Source: a virus
Taxonomy: Duplodnaviria > Heunggongvirae > Uroviricota > Caudoviricetes
DNA length: 64,000 nt
Virus record (IMG/VR): IMGVR_UViG_3300022932_000016
Span: 19,906-83,905 of that record
Reading direction: 5' to 3' (one strand)
In this document: one piece after another, positions 58,191 through 64,000 of the stretch
How positions within the stretch are numbered: the stretch's first letter is position 1
Layout: the number at the start of each line of letters is the position of its first letter
Program-made: the position numbers and the translations under genes
Notes under the pieces: model-generated
Databases searched by the model: none
Told to the model about the DNA's origin: nothing
What the model saw: the letters and a program-made list of their open reading frames with translations, nothing else

Positions 58191-58623
58191 CGAATACGAT
58201 TTTACCCAAGTTAACCCCCGTGATATTCATAGGGGCGACATCTTGTGGGAGTCTGGTCAATACGGTAGTATTCAGTTCGAAGTGCTAAACGAACCGACAC
58301 ACGTAGACGGTAAGTGGGAGTGGAAAGCTCGCACGACAGGTCACGGTGTTGTCGACTACCTTATTACTGACGGTATGGAGCATTATGGCCCACGCATCTA
58401 TCGCAACGCGGTTTATATGTTTGGTATCGAACCACTCGAAGATGAAGAAGACACAGAAGAACTCACACCGCTCGACAACTGGTTCAATGAATACGTTATG
58501 GTATCGAAAACAGGTAAGCAAACCGAAGCGGTTCACACCCTTATTCAACTGATGGCTCAAGAGCGTGAAAACGCGTTTTACCACGGGTTAACTCAGGGTA
58601 GAAAAGAAGGCAACGATGACTGA
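58165..58623 (+). CDS. hypothetical protein
   Basis: ORF. Confidence 0.45.
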   Translation: MKMNQTNPNEYDFTQVNPRDIHRGDILWESGQYGSIQFEVLNEPTHVDGKWEWKARTTGHGVVDYLITDGMEHYGPRIYRNAVYMFGIEPLEDEEDTEELTPLDNWFNEYVMVSKTGKQTEAVHTLIQLMAQERENAFYHGLTQGRKEGNDD

Positions 58624-58897
58624 TAAAGAAATCAGAGAGATCAAAAAGGAAGCGTACAAGCAGGGTTGGAACGAATGCGAAGACGAAATGCTTTTCGGTA
58701 CAGCTAAGCTACAAAGCCCAATCTATTCTGAACGTCACGTCAAAGTTGCTAAGCTAGAAGCGACTATCGAAACGCTTGAACAAATGCAGATGTCAGCGAA
58801 CCTGTATTCAGACTCGAGTAGTTTTTCGCAGGTTATCACTATATGGTTACCTCACCGTCTTGAAGAAGCTAAGAAGCAGTTAGAAGAGCTAGTATGA
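58616..58897 (+). CDS. hypothetical protein
   Basis: ORF. Confidence 0.4.
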   Translation: MTDKEIREIKKEAYKQGWNECEDEMLFGTAKLQSPIYSERHVKVAKLEATIETLEQMQMSANLYSDSSSFSQVITIWLPHRLEEAKKQLEELV

Positions 58898-59304
58898 AAC
58901 GCAACCCGTTCACTTGGTATGTAGACCGCTATAATATGGTCGGTAAGAGTCGTCGCAAGGCATCATTCAGGTTCAGCAAGCAAAGCTGGGAATCTCTTTT
59001 GCAGTATATTCAGTGGGACAAAGAAGACGCTGTTAAAGAGGCTCTCAGGGGACCGAACCTGCAACTTCTCAAGTCATGGGCGCACCGAGAAATTGTATGC
59101 GAAGACTGTGCTAACCGTGGTTGGATAGGTGGGGCTGCAATGACTTCTTGGTCTTGCAAACAATGCAGTCAACCAAAGATGTATGGTAGCACCGCGATAC
59201 CTCAAATATGTACCGCTTGTGCAATTAACTTGTTCAAGTGTCAGCGTTGTCTTAAAAGTCTTGACGATGACCTCGAAAAGTTATATAATCAACCCATAAA
59301 GTAA
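58894..59304 (+). CDS. Cys-rich (multi-CxxC) protein
   Basis: CEDC...CKQC...CTAC...CQRC. Confidence 0.45.
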   Translation: MKRNPFTWYVDRYNMVGKSRRKASFRFSKQSWESLLQYIQWDKEDAVKEALRGPNLQLLKSWAHREIVCEDCANRGWIGGAAMTSWSCKQCSQPKMYGSTAIPQICTACAINLFKCQRCLKSLDDDLEKLYNQPIK

Positions 59305-59436
59305 GATAAAGGTTTATTATGAGTTTTCTAGATAAGTTGAAATGCAAGTTTGGTTTTCACGACTGGGACAAGTACTCAGGTTACTACAAAGAACGTGTGT
59401 CTAAAAGCGCAGTGTGTCAGCGTTGTGGCAAGAAGA

Positions 59437-59832
59437 ATGTCTAAGATACTTGAAGCTATTGACGAACTAGCGTTGTCACTAGATGGCAAGGTCGTTTCAA
59501 CTGACGCGGCTGCAGAGCTGCAAAACTTCGTGAAAGAAGCTACTAAAAAGCTCGAGAATCTTTTATACAAAACTGGTGGTGATTACATACTCTTAAAATG
59601 CGGCAGTCTAAAGGGCTGGGAGCTTCACAGCGCAAAAGGCAAGAACCTGTCTGACGACTATATCAATAACGGTCGGTCAATGAGCGCAATGCTTCAAAAA
59701 GATAATGCACGTCAAAAAGAAATCATCTTAGAAATGATCGAAGAGTGCAACGGTACCATTCAGAACGACTGGGACGGTGACTACTACACCAAAGAGCAAG
59801 CTCGCGATTATATCACAACTTATAGCGCATAA
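59437..59832 (+). CDS. hypothetical protein
   Basis: ORF from the internal ATG. Confidence 0.4.
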   Translation: MSKILEAIDELALSLDGKVVSTDAAAELQNFVKEATKKLENLLYKTGGDYILLKCGSLKGWELHSAKGKNLSDDYINNGRSMSAMLQKDNARQKEIILEMIEECNGTIQNDWDGDYYTKEQARDYITTYSA

Positions 59833-59878
59833 CGACCAAACTGTATAATAGGTAATGAAATACAGAGAGGTTTTTTAT

Positions 59879-60049
59879 ATGGCAAACGTACCAACAAAAG
59901 CAGAAATCAAAAAGCTGCAAGAGCAATCACAAAAAGCTGACGACAAGAAACAAGCGTCACAAGAAAAACAAGGCAAAGACTTTGTTAATAACGGTCAAGG
60001 TAATATCCCAGAAACTATCTGGAAGGCTCTGCCTGGGAAGTCTGAATAA
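59879..60049 (+). CDS. small hydrophilic protein upstream of the endolysin
   Basis: ORF, with TAATG overlap to the endolysin. No TM, so not a holin. Confidence 0.3.
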   Translation: MANVPTKAEIKKLQEQSQKADDKKQASQEKQGKDFVNNGQGNIPETIWKALPGKSE

Positions 60050-61215
60050 TGGCTGATGTAAACCGAAAAACTGTTGACTACCTCGTACTTCACCACGCGG
60101 TGACACCTCTCTGGTCAGACAAATCTAAAGCATGGCTCGCTCAGTGGTTCAGCGACAATGGGTACGCTCGAGCTTATAGCTCAAACCCTGGCAACTGGTC
60201 TGGGCTTACTAACCCTTATACTGGCGCACGCTCTTACTCACAAGCCCACTTTGCAGGGCAACGTGTTGATGGTAGCACTCCTGACGCAACCGACCAAGAA
60301 CGAGCTGATGGTTACCGTCTAGTTCCTTTAGTCTCTGATGTATGGGGTCAAATCACATGGCACGCGGGTAACTGGGACATCAACACTCGTTCTATCGGTA
60401 TTGAAAACCTAGGTGACTACCGAAACTACACACTCCGTGATGGTGACGCAAAAGTTATCGCTGCTTTCTGGCGACCACAAGACCAAAAACTCGGTGGTGC
60501 AACTGCTGTAGTAGGTCACAAAGAAGTATCACAACTTGGTACTGAATGCCCTGCTCGAATCATGGAAATGCGTGACACAGTCGTTAACTACATTAACAAC
60601 CCACCTCAACCACCAAAGCCAGCTGAACCAACATGGCAAGCAATGGACGCACCACGTCGTATGCGAGCTAAGGCTGGTGGTACGACACTCGTTGAAGTAA
60701 AGACTGGTAACGGTGTCAAAGCCTACCCAGCTGGCACTGAGTTCGACCTTAACCAGAAATCTGACTGGAACGGCAAGACTTACCTGCGCACACCTTACTC
60801 ATCTACCAACAACATTGGTAACGGGTTCGACCAAGATTCACTCGAAAACCTACCTACTGTAGAAGTGAAAGAAGAAAGCAAGACTGAAGAAGTCGCATTC
60901 CAAAGCACTAAGTCTACAGACGCTACACTACCCGTTGGTGAAGAAAAGGTTATCCGAGCTGGTGTCAAGGGCGTTCGAACAATCGTCTGGACGGTCACTT
61001 ACACAAACGGTGTTGAAACCTCACGCACAGTTAAGTCTGACGCGGTAACAACTCCTGCTGTCGATGAGCTAATCGCGGTTGGTTCATACGTCGCACCTCC
61101 TACTACTCCACCAGTGATTCCTATCCCTGAAGATGGTGAAAGCGCAACTAGCTGGCTATCTAAGGTCATCAAGTTGATCGTTGAGTTCCTCTCAAAGTTC
61201 ACTTTCAAGAAGTAA
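60049..61215 (+). CDS. endolysin: N-acetylmuramoyl-L-alanine amidase (amidase_2/PGRP) with a G5 domain and a C-terminal amphipathic tail
   Basis: DYLVLHHAVT...HAGNWDINTRSIGIEN...VGHKEVS...TECP. G5-like VTYTNGVETSRTV...VDELIAVGS. C-terminus WLSKVIKLIVEFLSKFTFKK. Confidence 0.85.
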   Translation: MADVNRKTVDYLVLHHAVTPLWSDKSKAWLAQWFSDNGYARAYSSNPGNWSGLTNPYTGARSYSQAHFAGQRVDGSTPDATDQERADGYRLVPLVSDVWGQITWHAGNWDINTRSIGIENLGDYRNYTLRDGDAKVIAAFWRPQDQKLGGATAVVGHKEVSQLGTECPARIMEMRDTVVNYINNPPQPPKPAEPTWQAMDAPRRMRAKAGGTTLVEVKTGNGVKAYPAGTEFDLNQKSDWNGKTYLRTPYSSTNNIGNGFDQDSLENLPTVEVKEESKTEEVAFQSTKSTDATLPVGEEKVIRAGVKGVRTIVWTVTYTNGVETSRTVKSDAVTTPAVDELIAVGSYVAPPTTPPVIPIPEDGESATSWLSKVIKLIVEFLSKFTFKK

Positions 61216-61386
61216 AGTAGTATACTGTCTCTATGACAGTACAAGAAGCAGAAGAATACTATGAACCGCTGTCAGCTGCAGAAGCCCAGCGGTTCAATCT
61301 TTTAGTTACCGTTGGTATGAAACTAGGTAAACCTATCGAGGGTGCTTACGATTACGCTAAGGTTATTATGGAGAAGGCAAAAGAAG

Positions 61387-61641
61387 ATGAGCGCAAATAA
61401 CTTTTATTTTGCAAAAGAAATAGACGGTACATGGTACGGTTGGGACGAGATGGCAGAGGCGTGGGGCGATCACGATGAGAACAACCCCGTAAAACTGCAC
61501 TTAGTGCGCGCGATTACCGCGAACTCGTTGCAAGAGCTTGAGAGCAAGCTAAACGAAAAAGGTCTTGGGTACTCTGAATATGGTTTGACGACACAACCGT
61601 ATCTACCTAAAGACGGTACACCGATAGAAGTCGTTATTTAA
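61387..61641 (+). CDS. hypothetical protein
   Basis: ORF from the internal ATG. Confidence 0.35.
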   Translation: MSANNFYFAKEIDGTWYGWDEMAEAWGDHDENNPVKLHLVRAITANSLQELESKLNEKGLGYSEYGLTTQPYLPKDGTPIEVVI

Positions 61642-61846
61642 TAAAGTCAGTAATAGTAGTCTGACCCTCAAGAACGGGTATGTTGCTCGGTTGCGGTACA
61701 GATTTATTCTTCTTTTTACTCATAATCTTCATTTTAACAGAAAACAACAGAGGTGAACCCTATGTTGATTATTCTACATCGCTTAAAAGTGGACTTGACA
61801 ACCCTATGTAGCCTATGATAGGCACATAAATAGGAAAATATATCAC

Positions 61847-62662
61847 ATGCAAAGTCAAGCGCGTACAGTAACAATTGACCTCGAAGTGTCACCGTTACTA
61901 GCATATAGCTACCCCCCAATGTGGCAAGCGAACACGTTCAACATCGTTCACAACCAAATCTTAATGAGCTTTTCGTACAAGTGGCTCGATGAGAACAAAG
62001 TCCACCACGTTCAACTACCTGATTTTAAGACCCGATACAAAGCTGACAAACACGATGACAAAGATGTGGCTATCGCGCTGCACAAAATCCTAGACGAAGC
62101 GGCTATTGTCGTCGGACACAACATCCGTGGTTTCGACATCAAGATGGCAAACACCTACTTCATTAAGCACAAGCTAGGGGCACCGTCACCATACAAGACA
62201 GTTGATACGCTCGCGCAAGCAAGGCGTATTTTTAAATACCCGTCTAACCGACTCGATGAAATCAGCAAGTATCACGGGTACACTGGTAAATCGGACATCA
62301 AGGTTGGGGCGTTGTGGTATGATTGTCTCGAGAAGAAAGACAGCAAAAGCTGGAAACTCTTAAAAGAATATAACGACCAAGACGTTATCATCACTGAACA
62401 AACGTACATCGACCAACGTGGCTTCGACAGAACTCACCCAAATATGGGTATCATTCTCAATAAGCAGGGCGTTTGTGCGCACTGTGGTACAAGCTCTGCG
62501 GCCTTCCAGTCTCGAGGTACCGAGCTCCGCATCAACGGGCCAATCCGTCGTTACTGGTGTAACCCAGCTAAGGGCGGTTGCGGTGGTTGGAACAACGTAC
62601 GATACGTTGAAGATGAAGATCGCGTCGCTAAAGAGGACCGCCCTGACTTTGTCTCGGCATAA
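61847..62662 (+). CDS. DEDD-family 3'-5' exonuclease (DnaQ-like) with C-terminal zinc ribbon
   Basis: Exo I (IDLEVSP), Exo II (VVGHNIRGFDIKM), Exo III (YNDQDVIITEQ). C-terminal CAHCG...CNPAKGGCGG. Confidence 0.75.
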   Translation: MQSQARTVTIDLEVSPLLAYSYPPMWQANTFNIVHNQILMSFSYKWLDENKVHHVQLPDFKTRYKADKHDDKDVAIALHKILDEAAIVVGHNIRGFDIKMANTYFIKHKLGAPSPYKTVDTLAQARRIFKYPSNRLDEISKYHGYTGKSDIKVGALWYDCLEKKDSKSWKLLKEYNDQDVIITEQTYIDQRGFDRTHPNMGIILNKQGVCAHCGTSSAAFQSRGTELRINGPIRRYWCNPAKGGCGGWNNVRYVEDEDRVAKEDRPDFVSA

Positions 62663-62667
62663 AAGAT

Positions 62668-62922
62668 ATGAAATACAAAAGATACGACAAAAACAAAATG
62701 AGCTTCTGGGTCTACGCTGATAAAGTAGTTATCGCTATGACCCCGTTGCAAACCGTCCGCTACGATATTTACACTACAGCTAATAAGCGTAATTTCTACA
62801 CTTTCAAAAAAGCCATAGTCGAACTCGTGACAGACGATACCAAAGAAGTAACCGTGTACGATGTTATGACACTAGGTCAGAATAGTCGCATACACAGCGC
62901 GTCAGCGAGTAAACCAGAATGA
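62668..62922 (+). CDS. hypothetical protein
   Basis: ORF. Confidence 0.4.
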   Translation: MKYKRYDKNKMSFWVYADKVVIAMTPLQTVRYDIYTTANKRNFYTFKKAIVELVTDDTKEVTVYDVMTLGQNSRIHSASASKPE

Positions 62923-63290
62923 AAATGCAAGACTACATGTTTCAATTAACGGGTCGCATACCGTCTAAGAAAAACTCGCGAATCACTTTGCGCAACGGTC
63001 GCACTATACCAAGTAAAGCGTATACCGCATGGCACAGTATTGCCGAAGCACAACTGCTCGATTTAGCGAACGAGGGTTTAGACGAACCGCTATCCATAAC
63101 CTACCAATTCTACCTACCAGACAGACGCAGGACTGATCTATCTAACAAGATTGAATCCGTGAATGACCTGTTAGTAGATATTGGGTTCATTACAGATGAC
63201 AACGCGAACATTCTTAGCGTGTTGCACGTTTACTATATGGGTGTAGATAAAGAAAACCCTCGATGTGAAATCGGGGTTTCTAAGAACTAG
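62919..63290 (+). CDS. rusA: RusA-like Holliday junction resolvase
   Basis: RIPSKKNSR...PSKAYTAWH...DRRRTDLSNKIESVNDLLVDIGFITDDN. Confidence 0.7.
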   Translation: MKMQDYMFQLTGRIPSKKNSRITLRNGRTIPSKAYTAWHSIAEAQLLDLANEGLDEPLSITYQFYLPDRRRTDLSNKIESVNDLLVDIGFITDDNANILSVLHVYYMGVDKENPRCEIGVSKN

Positions 63291-63726
63291 GTGTTGGGTA
63301 TTGTATTCGCGCGAGCTTAATTGCTTCTGCGAGTGATTTACCATCTTCGTCCATCAATTGCTTTACAAGCTCACCTCGTGCTTTCTGTAGCGGGGTGAGT
63401 TCTTTGTCTTTAGGTCGTTCAGTTGTAGGTTTAACTTCGCCCCAACCTTGTTTACAGACGGTCTCATCACGTGAGTGCCAGTGACCACGTTCGCACTGCC
63501 AGTCACCTTTCTTGCGACGGTTCATTTCTTCAACCTTTGCGGTTGGTGCAACCATCGTTATTTCACGTACCTGTATGAGGGTGTCGTCAATTTCAACGTA
63601 GTCGGGTTTGTTCGGTGATAGCAAGAGTGCTTCAACCTTTGCCGCTCGTTCTAGATCAAGATAAAAAAGTGCACCGTTTCGGGTGATAACCACTTTCTGT
63701 TGTACTGATACTTCGTTTTCTTTCAT
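63280..63726 (-). CDS. hypothetical protein
   Basis: 148-aa ORF. Confidence 0.45.
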   Translation of the reverse strand: MKENEVSVQQKVVITRNGALFYLDLERAAKVEALLLSPNKPDYVEIDDTLIQVREITMVAPTAKVEEMNRRKKGDWQCERGHWHSRDETVCKQGWGEVKPTTERPKDKELTPLQKARGELVKQLMDEDGKSLAEAIKLARIQYPTPSS

Positions 63727-63905
63727 ATTTTTTCAACTCTTGTTTTAGTATAGTGCTTTTCAGCTGATTGGTAAATCTTTAACCAATGTTTTCGTAAACC
63801 CAAGGCAGATTGAACGATAAACTTCTCGCCCCAGAACGGTATGTTGAGGTAGATATTAAGAATACCGTGTATCTGTTCAACCGACACTTTGTCGTTTTCT
63901 ACCAT
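63723..63905 (-). CDS. hypothetical small protein
   Basis: ORF. Confidence 0.3.
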   Translation of the reverse strand: MVENDKVSVEQIHGILNIYLNIPFWGEKFIVQSALGLRKHWLKIYQSAEKHYTKTRVEKI

Positions 63906-64000
63906 GAGCTGAATAGCTTTATAATCGCTACTCTTTGAGGTGAGCTTTTTACCGTTAGCGGGTGCAGTCTCATTGATAATCTTATACAGGTGTTCGATGA

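Overview
The window reads as a tailed dsDNA phage genome segment (siphovirus-like, HK97-fold lineage); no host backbone genes are recognisable. Genes alternate in strand-switching blocks. The packaging module (TerS, TerL, an HNH endonuclease, a ParB-like nuclease) is on the minus strand at 49.9-53.9 kb. The head and tail-shaft module runs on the minus strand from the portal (13.3 kb) through a protease-scaffold-capsid fusion, connector proteins, major tail protein, chaperones and a 1291-aa tape measure protein, ending in a partial downstream tail gene at 0.2 kb. A separate minus-strand tail-tip module sits at 27.9-38.1 kb: an 842-aa baseplate or receptor-binding protein, a 1553-aa collagen-like fiber, and two paralogous beta-helix proteins. 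Plus-strand blocks carry early and replication-type genes at 19.2-27.9 kb (MoxR AAA+ ATPase, VWA-metallopeptidase, FtsK-like ATPase, many small Cys-rich ORFs), a trio of sigma-70 region-4-like HTH proteins at 14.3-15.8 kb, and a late block at 55.4-63.3 kb (SPFH protein, amidase endolysin with a G5 domain, DEDD exonuclease, RusA). Accessory content includes a Stealth-like, GT2 and SAM-methyltransferase cassette at 41.9-44.4 kb, a LemA operon, three HNH endonucleases, two ParB/DGQHR proteins and a Hint-like ORF after TerL. A 2.6-kb low-coding region at 16.6-19.2 kb contains duplicated small genes, palindromes and repeated motifs. The G5 domain, collagen-like fiber and ArpU-like regulators suggest a Gram-positive host; this is inference. 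No rRNA, tRNA, CRISPR array or integrase could be supported from sequence alone.
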